Source: Sedimentisphaerales bacterium (lineage in GTDB: Bacteria; Planctomycetota; Phycisphaerae; Sedimentisphaerales; SM23-30). Taken from it: DNA of 64,000 nt. The position numbers and the translations under genes are program-made. The DNA is taken from contig CAXXFK010000030.1 of assembly GCA_963663965.2 (NCBI GenBank), forward strand, positions 192,001-256,000, given 5' to 3'. The notes under the pieces are model-generated. The model had not been told where the DNA came from. It worked only from the letters and a program-made list of their open reading frames with translations, and did not search any database. Position 1 is the stretch's first letter. The number at the start of each line of letters is the position of its first letter. Positions 9,324 through 18,945 of this stretch are shown here, one piece after another.

Positions 9324-10610
9324 ATGATTACGATAACAGGAACCAACAGCGGCCAGCCGTGGACCTGGCAAAGCTGGTACGCGGCGAATCCAGCCGGTAT
9401 TAGCGAAGTGGTGCCCGGCGCGGTGTATGGTATTCACGATCAGGTGACGTTTGGCGATGGCGTGACTGCGACCGTGTTTCAATCGTGCAATGAGATGGTC
9501 TGGTTCGATGACGGCATGACTTTCAATCTGACCGAGCAGGCTACTTTGGCTCTGGGTGAACTGGCCGGGGACTGGGGGATTAATGGTTCGTTCTGGTCGC
9601 TGGGGCCGGCGGCATCGTGGCTGCTGATGGCGTATCTGGATACTTCGGTTTTTAATGTTTACGCCAGCCGGTTGCATATCCGCACGAATAACCGGACCCA
9701 GTTTTACGGCGGGCAGATTACTATTTTGAATTCGGTGTTGTCATCGATATTCCATGAAGGCGGGATCAACGACCGGGCCGGCTTCTATTTTTACAGTCCG
9801 TGTGAGTCTCTGGTGTTGCGCAAGGTACGGATTGAGAATGCCCTGGTGTTGAGTCTCAGTCTGACTCCGGACAGTTTCGAACAGATCCACTGTCACCGCT
9901 GTTATAACGGCGTGGCGGCCAATAGCGCTGATGTGACGGTTCAGGGTGTCGAGCTGACCAGTTGCGATGTGGAACTGATTCAGACGGGACTGGCGGCCTG
10001 TTTGGAGGTCGATAATCCTCAAACCCCGATCCAGACGGTTGCCATTGGATCGAACGACCCCGCGGCCAGGGTTGTTGAACTTTTTGACTGTCTGATTGAG
10101 GCCCGGGATGAATCTGGCGCGGCGGTCGCGTCCGCCCTGGTAACTTTGCGGCAAAGCCATGTGGTTGCTTATGACAGTACGGTTTATCGTTGTCGGGTAT
10201 CGCATACGAGCGATACGTTTTATGCCGATCTGGCGGCGGGTTACTGGGTAGTTGATAGCGAGATCGAAAATGCTCCGCCCTGGCGCGCGGCTATGGCGTA
10301 TGTGGCGGATCAATACGATGGCGGGATATTCAATGGCGCATCCGGGTTGCTTACCAATGGAGAGGGTCTGGCGCTCTGGAACGATCAAACCCCGCGGATA
10401 CCTGCCCGGCGATGGACCACGACCAGTGAATGGCAGGAACGCTGGGTTTATACTCTGACAATAGCCAAGGCGGGCTATGAATCTTTGGCGATTTCCAGTA
10501 TCGATTTTGATCGGCCGCGCCGCTGGCGTATTCCGTTGAGTTGCTATCGACCGCGCGCGTTACCGTGTGGACCCAGTGTGGGATCGGCCGTATCGGGCGC
10601 GTTTGTCTGA
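9324..10610 (+). CDS. Putative fibre/adhesin-like virion protein
   Basis: Beta-helix-like N-terminal half; VVAYDSTVYRCRVSHTS resembles a CBM5/12-type motif. Confidence 0.45.
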   Translation: MITITGTNSGQPWTWQSWYAANPAGISEVVPGAVYGIHDQVTFGDGVTATVFQSCNEMVWFDDGMTFNLTEQATLALGELAGDWGINGSFWSLGPAASWLLMAYLDTSVFNVYASRLHIRTNNRTQFYGGQITILNSVLSSIFHEGGINDRAGFYFYSPCESLVLRKVRIENALVLSLSLTPDSFEQIHCHRCYNGVAANSADVTVQGVELTSCDVELIQTGLAACLEVDNPQTPIQTVAIGSNDPAARVVELFDCLIEARDESGAAVASALVTLRQSHVVAYDSTVYRCRVSHTSDTFYADLAAGYWVVDSEIENAPPWRAAMAYVADQYDGGIFNGASGLLTNGEGLALWNDQTPRIPARRWTTTSEWQERWVYTLTIAKAGYESLAISSIDFDRPRRWRIPLSCYRPRALPCGPSVGSAVSGAFV

Positions 10611-10635
10611 GGATTATCCGGAAGGAGGTTTTACC

Positions 10636-11061
10636 ATGTTTTATTATGTCTATTTTCAACACAACGGCCAGCCTTATCCCGCTCTCACGCCGCAATGGTT
10701 GAGTTTGTATACTGCCGGTCAGGGGCTGAACAAGCTGGCCCTGGCTCCGACTATTGAAGAGATTGGCGGCGGCTGGTACCGGTTCGATATCCGTTATGGC
10801 TACGCGCCCTGGGATCTTACCGGTGAAGACCTGGTCGGGGTGATCGATGGCGGCGAGGTTTTGGAAACCGCCGAACGGTATAAGCCGGTGGTGTTATCAT
10901 TGCGCGGACTGGGACTGGCGCGGATCGCCCATCGCGGCGTTCAGGATAAACAAAACGGGCAGGTAACGATTTATGCCCCGGACGGGGTAACGCCGGAACT
11001 GAAGTTGGCTATGACGGAAACGGTCGATCAGATTGAACGGGCGCCAACGCGGGGGGATTAG
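10636..11061 (+). CDS. Hypothetical virion-operon protein
   Basis: AGGAGG RBS, ATG 10636; IEEIGGGWYRF Ig-like strand. Confidence 0.55.
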   Translation: MFYYVYFQHNGQPYPALTPQWLSLYTAGQGLNKLALAPTIEEIGGGWYRFDIRYGYAPWDLTGEDLVGVIDGGEVLETAERYKPVVLSLRGLGLARIAHRGVQDKQNGQVTIYAPDGVTPELKLAMTETVDQIERAPTRGD

Positions 11062-11063
11062 CG

Positions 11064-11441
11064 ATGGACAAGCGGTTTTACGGCTCATTATTGGAAGGGG
11101 ATTTTTCTTCGAGGTTATCGTTGGCGATGGGTCTGGTGGAGGGGGATTTCTGGCCGAGAAGCCGGGATGTGAGTGTGTTGTATCGGGGGCTGGACAGCGT
11201 TGATCGGATCGATCTGGAACGGCCGGTTGCTGTTCTGGAAGGTGAGGGCGAGTTGGCGCTGCCGGATTGGCTGGAACATCCGGTGGGGCGTGATGTGTGG
11301 TATCTGCTGCGCCGGGTGAGTGTGACGGGCAGGCAGGAAAATAATACGGTGTCTGTAGTGGGTGTAAGGCGTGATTCCGATGGTGTGATCCGGCCTTTGA
11401 CGCGTGGCGTGATTTCAACGAGGGAGGATGGACATGGATAG
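11064..11441 (+). CDS. Hypothetical protein (FN3-like strands)
   Basis: Coupled ORF; VLYRG...WYLLRRVS..G.QE.N. Confidence 0.5.
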   Translation: MDKRFYGSLLEGDFSSRLSLAMGLVEGDFWPRSRDVSVLYRGLDSVDRIDLERPVAVLEGEGELALPDWLEHPVGRDVWYLLRRVSVTGRQENNTVSVVGVRRDSDGVIRPLTRGVISTREDGHG

Positions 11442-13173
11442 CCATGTTGTGACAGTCGATCCGCAACTGATTCCAGAAGCGAGTTGTGTGCGGGTATTGC
11501 CATTGTCGATTATGCTCGAGGGCCGGGAGGAAAGCCGGTTGAAGGTTATTAAGATCGAGCATGGGTCCGGTGTGGACGGCCGCCGGCTGCTGATGCGGTC
11601 GTGGCGGCCGGGGGATCATACGGCGCTGATGGGCGAATGTTATTCCGGACGTAAAGTGACTGTCTGGACACCTGTGACACAAGGGGGGAGGGCAAATGTC
11701 TGGCGGCGGCGGATTCTATTTGCCGGCCTGGTGGAATCGTGTCAGGTTATCCGCGGGAAGACTGCGACCTGTCTTGAAGTTATTGCCAGGGATTCGCTGC
11801 CTTCGGCATCTGCTACATGGATTGATTCATTCTGGGTCAATGATAATTATCAACCGCTGACGATCAAGAGCGGTCAGGTCGTCTTTAATCCGGAGGGTCT
11901 GCCAAACCGGACGGAGGGACGATATAAGCTTAAAGGGCATTCGGTGTATCTGTTTGAAGCTTTGGCTGAAAATGGCCGGTTGTGGACAGCCGGTGACGCG
12001 ATTGAATATTTATTGGCCCAGGTTGATGAAGCAATCGAGGTCTGTGGGCTGGAGTCTTTGAGAGAATCTCAGTATTGTTTGAACGCTCTTGAAGTAGCAG
12101 GATTAACCGTGATGCAGGCGATAGAGAAAATTGTCGAGGGGGCAGGCCGGTATTTTGTCTTGGATCGATGTCCGGTTGGTAATTGTATGACAGCGGTGAT
12201 GCGATTTACGGAGAATAGCACAGGGCGGCTGGTTCCCATTGCTGCCGGTTCGGCGGTCCGGTTGGATAGAACCCACTTTCGTTATCCCGTTTCAAATGGA
12301 GAAGCGAGATTACAGGTTATCGCAACCGGTGGGCTAAAACGCTATGAAAGCACGTTTGAGTTGATGCCCGGCTGGGACCGGTCGCTGGAAAGTCCGGATT
12401 ATGAATGCTATTCAGCCGCGACCAGTCCGGATTTTATCGCGGTGAAAGATGTGTTTCGCAAATGGGTGTTGAATGAAACCGGGCGCTACAGTCAGCCGCC
12501 TTTTGATAGCGGACCTCGCGCTGATCTGAGCGGCCTGTTCGAAGGGGATGCTTATACTATCTGTTCGCGGCGGTTTCTGCCGTGCATCAGCCGGGTAGAG
12601 AATGCATCTGCCGGGGTAACATTAAAAGGGGGCTATTATGTGGAGGTGTCTTATAACGGTGGCTATCGCTGGCTGCCTTATGATGGGGCCTGTCATATCC
12701 TGACGGATGAATGCGGGATTTATCTCAGTCATGGCCAGTTTGACCTGACGATGTGGATTGCCATCTGCAAAGATGTGCTGCGGATGCGTATCACCGCGTC
12801 TGTGGAAAGTGATACGCCTTTAAGAGAAGTGGTGACGATCCGGCCGGGAGTTGGATTTCAGAAAGCCCGGATGGCAACCTGTGATGCGGGTGACCGCTAT
12901 CGCTATTGGAAGGTAGCGCCCGGCAGCCGGTTTTATCGGGGTGTCAACAGTGCCGGGCAGTATGACGATGGCGCGGCATTGCGCCGGTATGCCTGGCAAT
13001 ATGGTAAAAGGTTGTTTGCCCAGGTTGAACCGGCACGTATCACGATACCCTGGCCGCGAATGGATATCCGGCCGGGCGATCAAATTGTCTGGCATGACGG
13101 TGAACGTAGTGGACAGGTTGAAAAGGTTGTGCTGGATTATAGTAACTGGCAGACAGAACTCTGGATTATTTGA
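11428..13173 (+). CDS. Putative baseplate hub/tail-tip protein
   Basis: 581 aa; RILFAGLV, LEVIARD and C-terminal DIRPGDQI...VEKV..D motifs typical of hub (gpD/VgrG/Tal-like) proteins; near the operon end. Confidence 0.5.
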   Translation: MDMDSHVVTVDPQLIPEASCVRVLPLSIMLEGREESRLKVIKIEHGSGVDGRRLLMRSWRPGDHTALMGECYSGRKVTVWTPVTQGGRANVWRRRILFAGLVESCQVIRGKTATCLEVIARDSLPSASATWIDSFWVNDNYQPLTIKSGQVVFNPEGLPNRTEGRYKLKGHSVYLFEALAENGRLWTAGDAIEYLLAQVDEAIEVCGLESLRESQYCLNALEVAGLTVMQAIEKIVEGAGRYFVLDRCPVGNCMTAVMRFTENSTGRLVPIAAGSAVRLDRTHFRYPVSNGEARLQVIATGGLKRYESTFELMPGWDRSLESPDYECYSAATSPDFIAVKDVFRKWVLNETGRYSQPPFDSGPRADLSGLFEGDAYTICSRRFLPCISRVENASAGVTLKGGYYVEVSYNGGYRWLPYDGACHILTDECGIYLSHGQFDLTMWIAICKDVLRMRITASVESDTPLREVVTIRPGVGFQKARMATCDAGDRYRYWKVAPGSRFYRGVNSAGQYDDGAALRRYAWQYGKRLFAQVEPARITIPWPRMDIRPGDQIVWHDGERSGQVEKVVLDYSNWQTELWII

Positions 13174-13186
13174 CAGGGAGAACGCG

Positions 13187-13471
13187 ATGAACACAATCAA
13201 TGAACATCTGGATCGACTGGTTTTGGAGCCAGGGCCGCCAGTTCCGGCGTGGACGGCGCGTGTTGCCGGTTGGTTGGAATACAATCGTTATGAACTGGAA
13301 CTGACCGAAATCGTTGCGGCCGGTCAGTCGCCTTTGCCGCTGCCGGGGCGGATATCGGCGTATAATCTGGCTGAGCCATTTCAGACCGCCGGAACGCTGG
13401 CAATCGGAACCAATGTGATCGTCTGGCGGGCGGGGTCGGTTTATGTCTTCAATGTGTCAGCCAATGTTTAG
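13187..13471 (+). CDS. Small putative spike/OB-fold protein, last gene of the structural operon
   Basis: GGGAG RBS, ATG 13187; AYNLAE......L.IGT.V.V motif. Confidence 0.45.
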   Translation: MNTINEHLDRLVLEPGPPVPAWTARVAGWLEYNRYELELTEIVAAGQSPLPLPGRISAYNLAEPFQTAGTLAIGTNVIVWRAGSVYVFNVSANV

Positions 13472-13551
13472 ACTGGACGCTGTTGTCAATTTATTATATG
13501 ATCATGGTATCAGTGATGAAATATTAGACTCACTCTCATTCAGGACTTCCC

Positions 13552-14394
13552 ATGAAATCTCCCGCTATAAAAATAACGGTATTGATCGAAAACACGGTTT
13601 TCAAGCCCCGGTTGCTGGCTGAGCATGGCCTGTCGTTCTGGATCGATTATGGCAGCCGGCATATCCTGTTCGATACCGGTCAGAGTTCGGCGCTGGTCCA
13701 TAACGCTGAATGCCTGGGGATCGATTTGAGCCTGACTGATGCCATTGTGTTGAGTCACGGCCATTACGATCACACGGGCGGGCTGGTCGCGGTGAGTGAC
13801 TATTGTCCCGATGCCACGATTTATCTCTGCCGGGAAGCGACCCATATCAAATATTCCACCACGCGCGGCCATATCCATCAGGTGGGCATGCCGGAAGAGG
13901 CGCGCGAACTGATAATGGATAAAGAGGCGCGCGGTCAGGTGGTCTGGTGCGATAAACCGACTCCGGTTGCCGGTGGGTTGTGGTGTACCGGGCCGGTCCT
14001 GCGCCACTATCAACTGGAGGATCTGTGTGGAATTTTCGTACAGGATCCCCAGGGCGAACGTGAAGATACGATTCCGGACGACCAGTCGCTGGTGATCGAT
14101 ACGAATACGGGTCCGCTGGTGATGATGGGCTGCGGTCATGCCGGCGTGATGAATACCATTCGGCATATCCAGATGCTGCGTAATGACAAGACGATACGCG
14201 GCCTGTTTGGCGGCTTGCATCTGTCCGGCGGCGATACGGAACGGCTGAATACAACCATCGATTTTTTACGGGACGCCGGTTTGCGTTGTGCCGGTTCACT
14301 GCATTGCAGCGGCCGCGAGGCCACGCGCCGGATCGAACAAATCACAACTGAGGGTTATCACCGTCTCAGTACCGGTTCGGCTATCACGTTTTAG
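13552..14394 (+). CDS. MBL-fold metallo-hydrolase
   Basis: EHGLS, LFDTG, SHGHYDHTGG, GCGHAG, GGLHL, HCSG motifs. Confidence 0.9.
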   Translation: MKSPAIKITVLIENTVFKPRLLAEHGLSFWIDYGSRHILFDTGQSSALVHNAECLGIDLSLTDAIVLSHGHYDHTGGLVAVSDYCPDATIYLCREATHIKYSTTRGHIHQVGMPEEARELIMDKEARGQVVWCDKPTPVAGGLWCTGPVLRHYQLEDLCGIFVQDPQGEREDTIPDDQSLVIDTNTGPLVMMGCGHAGVMNTIRHIQMLRNDKTIRGLFGGLHLSGGDTERLNTTIDFLRDAGLRCAGSLHCSGREATRRIEQITTEGYHRLSTGSAITF

Positions 14395-14514
14395 CAGGGG
14401 TGAATGCGATAGTTGGTTAGACTCGTACGAGAAAAATAATGTGAAAGATGGCAATCGTATCTTAACCGGGAGGCAAATCCTGCTGTGCCCCTGTTTGGTT
14501 CCGGCACTGCCGGG

Positions 14515-15426
14515 CTAAGGCCGGGGGTGGAATTTTTTGTGGATGGCGCGGAGGTATTCCTGATCGACATGGGTATAGATCTGGGTGGTGGTGACATCGG
14601 CGTGTCCCAGCATTTCCTGAACGGTGCGCAGGTCCGCGCCGCCCTGGAGCAGGTGCGAGCCGAAGCAATGGCGCAAGGTATGGGGCGTGACTTTGCCGAT
14701 CAGGCCGGCGACGGCGGCCGCCTTTTTGACAATGCGCCAGACTTCGATGCGGTCCAGCGCCCGGCCGGTTCGTGAGACAAACAACGTGCCGGGATCGCGT
14801 TTGATTGTCAGTTTGGGTCGCAACTCCCGCAGATACTGTTCCAGCACCGACTGGGCCAGTTCATAAAAGGGAATAATCCGTTCTTTGTTGCCTTTACCAA
14901 AGCAGCGAATGAACCGGATCTGAAAATTGACATCTTCCAGTTTGAGTCCGGCTACTTCCGAGGCCCGCATGCCGGTGGCGTAGAGGAGTTCCAGCAATGC
15001 CCGGTCCCGCAACGCCATGGGACTGGCCGGGTCGATACTTTCAACCAGACTGAGAGTGGACTGCTTGTTGAGTACCCGCGGCACCCGCTGCCAGGTCTTG
15101 GGGGTTTCCAGCGCCGCGCAGACATCTTTGGTGGTGAGATTTTCCAAAAGATGAAAACGCATGAACATCCGAACCGAGACCAGGTGGCGCGCGATGGAGG
15201 CGGTGGAGAGTTTATCTTCCGCGAGGAAACGCGCGTATTCCTGGACCACCAGTGGCGAGATCCGATCCACGGCATCGAGGCCGTTCTGGCGGCAGTACCG
15301 GTCGAATTTTTTCAGATCCCGACGATAAGAGATAATGGTATTGGCTGCCAGGCCGCATTCGATCCGCAGGTAATGCATAAACGGCTCGATTTGACTGTCA
15401 GGCCAGACCAGATGCGATTCAGACAT
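14515..15426 (-). CDS. xerD: Site-specific tyrosine recombinase XerD
   Basis: 303 aa; RDRALLELLYATGMRASE, GKGNKER, TPHTLRHCFGSHLL.GGADLRTVQEMLGHADV.TTQIYTHV, KFHPR. Confidence 0.9.
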   Translation of the reverse strand: MSESHLVWPDSQIEPFMHYLRIECGLAANTIISYRRDLKKFDRYCRQNGLDAVDRISPLVVQEYARFLAEDKLSTASIARHLVSVRMFMRFHLLENLTTKDVCAALETPKTWQRVPRVLNKQSTLSLVESIDPASPMALRDRALLELLYATGMRASEVAGLKLEDVNFQIRFIRCFGKGNKERIIPFYELAQSVLEQYLRELRPKLTIKRDPGTLFVSRTGRALDRIEVWRIVKKAAAVAGLIGKVTPHTLRHCFGSHLLQGGADLRTVQEMLGHADVTTTQIYTHVDQEYLRAIHKKFHPRP

Positions 15427-15452
15427 AAGCTTTTTGTTTTAATGATAATCGG

Positions 15453-15653
15453 TTATGAATGAGCCAGAACCAGTTCTTCGGCGTGATGGTTTTCTTCGGT
15501 TGCGGATAGCTGCGTTTCCAGTTTTGTCATATTGCGGTAAATGGGACACTGGCGGAAGTTATCCACGCAATAGATCATGGCTTCATTCAAGTTTTGAAGG
15601 TTCAGGTGCTCACTGCATTTGGGTCGTAAGGTATCGATAAATGGACAGTCCAT
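15453..15653 (-). CDS. Small four-cysteine protein
   Basis: GAAAGGA RBS; CPF...C...C...CP.Y; 27 nt upstream of xerD on the same strand. Confidence 0.65.
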   Translation of the reverse strand: MDCPFIDTLRPKCSEHLNLQNLNEAMIYCVDNFRQCPIYRNMTKLETQLSATEENHHAEELVLAHS

Positions 15654-16149
15654 TATTTTCCTTTCATTTGGCTATTCATATACCATCGACCAATACCCCT
15701 GTTTTTCATCAATCATTTTAGAGTGTTTATCTGAGCGCCTAAGTCCTTTAAAATTAACAACAAACCAACAGAATGATCATCACTCGTAAACAAATATCTG
15801 ATCATTTGACAGATAGGATACAAGGGGAATTGGCTATGACGACCCTTGAAATAAAAAAAGTGAACCAGCGAAAAAGAGTGTGTGGCTGAGAGAACGCTGG
15901 TCCACTGAGTTTCAGAGCAGGTATGGAACACCTGCACTGTTCGTTGATCGTATCAGAATAATACGCGATTTGAGCCGGCAAGTCAAGTTATTTCAATTGG
16001 TTAGGGGGGAGCAGGTGGCTTTCGGCCCGACAATGATTATCGAAAGCGGGGTTGACGGCCCTGATCAAATTTAACTTATTTCAGAAATAATAATGACATA
16101 ATGTTATCGATATGACGAAATCCGCAATAAATACAACCGCGAATTAATA

Positions 16150-16710
16150 TCCGCCGCCTGGCTGGGGCACGATCCCAACGATCCAGCGTGGCAGGCCGAC
16201 CCGAACCTGGTTAATCCAAACGCTGCGGCTATATGGAAATCAGTCTGCAATCTGGATGCCACCGGAGGTAGTCAGTATGCCATTGACATACCTGATTTGA
16301 CGGCGTTCTGTGATGAATGGCTGTGGCAGGCCTGCTGGCGCGAGAACTATCTGGCGTATACCAGCGCTATGGCAGGCGGCGGCGAGATGATGGCCATGAC
16401 CGTCCCCATGTTCGAAACGTTGTCAACCATTCTGATCGCCGAAGCCGATGCGTATGTCCCGGTTAATCCCTATGTCGATCTGTCCCGCGCTGAACTGGCC
16501 CGGCTGGCTATCAATGCCTCTGAAATCATAGGTTATATCGAAGCGGAATTAGAGAATGAACCCGATAATGCCGAGGCGTTAATTGAGGGTCTGGAATTCC
16601 TGCGATCGATTTTATCGGACATTCGTGAAGTGTTACAGTCCCATCTTGACATGAAGCCTCGCGATTTGATACAATCGGATGAACAAAGTTTAAGGAGAAC
16701 CGGATTATGA
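16150..16710 (+). pseudogene. Orphan 3' end of a large exoprotein gene (dockerin-like half plus acidic helical tail), cassette 1
   Basis: Frame is open from 16102 with no start codon upstream of SAAWLGHDPNDP...CNLDATG.SQYAID..DL.AFCDEWLWQACW; stop overlaps the next ATG (ATGA). Confidence 0.6.
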
Positions 16711-17321
16711 AAAGATTATGGTTTATTCTGTTGGGTGTCTGTTTGATGATAACGGCAGTAAAAGCAAGTTATCTGGATGGTTATATTACCACTGGCGAAT
16801 ATGAATACACAGTGAGATGGTCTGGCTACGATCCCCCTTTGATTGTCGATGGGGGGGGGGGGGATAGTTTTGAAATAGACAATGGCTTGTTGGAGGTCTG
16901 GTCCACTTCTCAACCCGTTGATAATAATCATGGTATTTATGATATTATCTTGTCCCACAATAGTACACTGTTGTTTCTCGATGGTGCCCTTGATCTGTTA
17001 TCCACTTATCACAATGCTATGGCAGTTTTTAAAGGCGGTCAGATCAATATGATCCGCTGTATGCAACTGGTTGAAGGTACGCCGCATATCACGATTGAAT
17101 GCCGTCCCGGCTGGAACTGGATCTATGACAATCAGAGCGCCATTAAGGGTGTTGCCGGCCTGTGGGCGGATGATTCGGTTTTTTCCATCCAGTTCATCGA
17201 TAAAACCGACCGCGGTTACGATCCGGTCTGGCAAAATATCAAGATTGTGGAAGTGCCCGAACCAACCACTTTGAGTTTATTAGCCCTGGGTGGATTCTGG
17301 TTAAAACGGCGGCCCTGTTAA
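16707..17321 (+). CDS. PEP-CTERM sorting domain protein, copy 1 (G13 tract, in frame)
   Basis: Signal peptide; VPEPTTLSLLALGGFWLKRR; G13 at 16851-16863. Confidence 0.9.
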   Translation: MKRLWFILLGVCLMITAVKASYLDGYITTGEYEYTVRWSGYDPPLIVDGGGGDSFEIDNGLLEVWSTSQPVDNNHGIYDIILSHNSTLLFLDGALDLLSTYHNAMAVFKGGQINMIRCMQLVEGTPHITIECRPGWNWIYDNQSAIKGVAGLWADDSVFSIQFIDKTDRGYDPVWQNIKIVEVPEPTTLSLLALGGFWLKRRPC

Positions 17322-17340
17322 GGTAAATACATCGCACATC

Positions 17341-17375
17341 AAAACCTCCGGATGGTTATCTATCCGGAGGTTTTT
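17341..17375 (+). terminator. Intrinsic terminator, cassette 1
   Basis: AAAACCTCCGGAT...ATCCGGAGGTTTTT. Confidence 0.85.
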
Positions 17376-17400
17376 CCTTTTTTGTGCGAAGAGCGGCTAA

Positions 17401-17752
17401 TTATAGTTCTATGGCAGGCGGCGGCGAGATGATGGCCATGACCGTCCCCATGTTCGAAACGTTGTCAACCAGCCTGATCACCGAAGCCGATGCGTATGCC
17501 CCGGTCAATCCCTATGCCGATCTGTCCCGCGCCGAACTGGCCCGGTTGGCCGTCAACGCCTATGAAATCATGGGCTATATCGAAGCGGAATTAGCAAACG
17601 AATCCGATAACGCCGAGGCGTTAATTGAGGGTTTGGAATTCCTGCGATCGATTTTATCGGACATACGCGAGGTGTTGCAGTCCCATCTTGACATGAGACC
17701 CCGTGATTTGATACAATCGGGTGAGCAAAGTATAAGGAGAACCGGATTATGA
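17401..17752 (+). pseudogene. Orphan exoprotein 3' end, cassette 2 (shorter)
   Basis: Close paralog of cassettes 1 and 3, beginning at YSSMAGGG; ATGA overlap with the next gene. Confidence 0.6.
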
Positions 17753-18364
17753 AAAGATTATGGTTGATTCTGTTGGGGATCTGTTTGTTTGTAACAACGA
17801 GTAATGCTGGCTATCTGGATGGCTATATTACCGCCGGCGAATATGAATATGGTGTCAGGTGGTCTGGTTACGATCCCCCTTTGATTGTCGATGGGGGGGG
17901 GGGGGGATACCATTGAAATAGACTATGGACGATTAGAGGTTTGGTCCACTTCTCAACCCGTTGATAATAATCATGGGATTCTTGATATTTCTTTATCACA
18001 TGACAGTTCATTGTTGTTTTTGGGTGGCGCTTTAGATTTGTTGTCGACTAGTCATAATTCTACAGCAATCTTTAAAGGCGGTCAGATCAATATGATCCGT
18101 TGTATGCAACTGGTTGAAGGTACGCCGCATATCACGATTGAATGTCAGCCCGGTTGGAACTGGATCTATGACAATCAGAGCGCCATTAAGGGCATCGCCG
18201 GTCTGTGGGCGGATGATACCGCCTTTTCCATCCAGTTCATCGATAAAACCGACCGCGGTTACGATCCGGTCTGGCAAAATATTAAGATTGTGGAAGTGCC
18301 CGAACCTGCCACTTTGAGTTTATTAGCCTTGGGTGGATTCTGGTTAAAACGGCGGACCTGTTAA
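17749..18364 (+). pseudogene. PEP-CTERM protein copy 2, frameshifted in its poly-G tract (possible phase-OFF state)
   Basis: ATG 17749 MKRLWLILLGICLFVTTSNA...; G14 at 17893-17906 leads to TGA at 17914-17916; the remainder is intact in the shifted frame through VPEPATL. Confidence 0.85.
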
Positions 18365-18383
18365 GGTAAATACATCACACCTC

Positions 18384-18418
18384 AAAACCTCCGGATGGTT
18401 ATCTATTCGGAGGTTTTT
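18384..18418 (+). terminator. Intrinsic terminator, cassette 2
   Basis: Near-identical copy of 17341-17375. Confidence 0.8.
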
Positions 18419-18447
18419 CCTTTTTGTGCGAAGAGCGGCTAAGTATC

Positions 18448-18945
18448 ATGCGTGACGCCGCGGCCATCTGGAAATCGGCCTGTAACCTGGATGCCACCGG
18501 CGCCAGTCAGTATGCCATCGATACGGTCGATTTGGCGGCCTTTTGTGATGAATGGCTGTGGCAGGCCTGCTGGCGCGAAAATTACCTGGCTTATTATAGT
18601 TCTATGGCAGGCGGCGGCGAGATGATGGCCATGACCGTCCCCATGTTCGAAACGCTGTCAACCAGTCTGATCACTGAAGCCGATGCGTATGTCCCGGTCA
18701 ATCCCTATGCTGATCTGTCCCGTGCCGAGTTAACCCGGCTGGCTATCAATGCCTCTGAAATAATGGGCTATATCGAAACGGAATTAGAAAATGAAACGGA
18801 TAACGCTGAGGCCCTGGTCGAAGGGTTGGAATTCCTGCAATCGATTTTATCGGACATTCGCGAGGTTTTGCAGTCCCATCTTGACATGAAGCCTCGCGAT
18901 TTGATACAATCAGATGAACAAGGCATAAGGAGAACCGGATTATGA
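18448..18945 (+). pseudogene. Orphan exoprotein 3' end, cassette 3
   Basis: Paralog of cassette 1 starting at AAAIWKS; possible ATG 18448 with only a weak RBS; ATGA overlap. Confidence 0.6.

Noticed and set aside
3449..13471. Tailocin/eCIS or encapsulin
   Set aside because: A portal, scaffold and capsid are present while sheath and tube are not recognisable; encapsulin loci lack portals.
3449..15426. Complete prophage with the tyrosine recombinase as its integrase
   Set aside because: The recombinase has housekeeping XerD signatures and is separated from the operon by an MBL hydrolase gene; no att repeats, terminase, replication or lysis genes were recognised.
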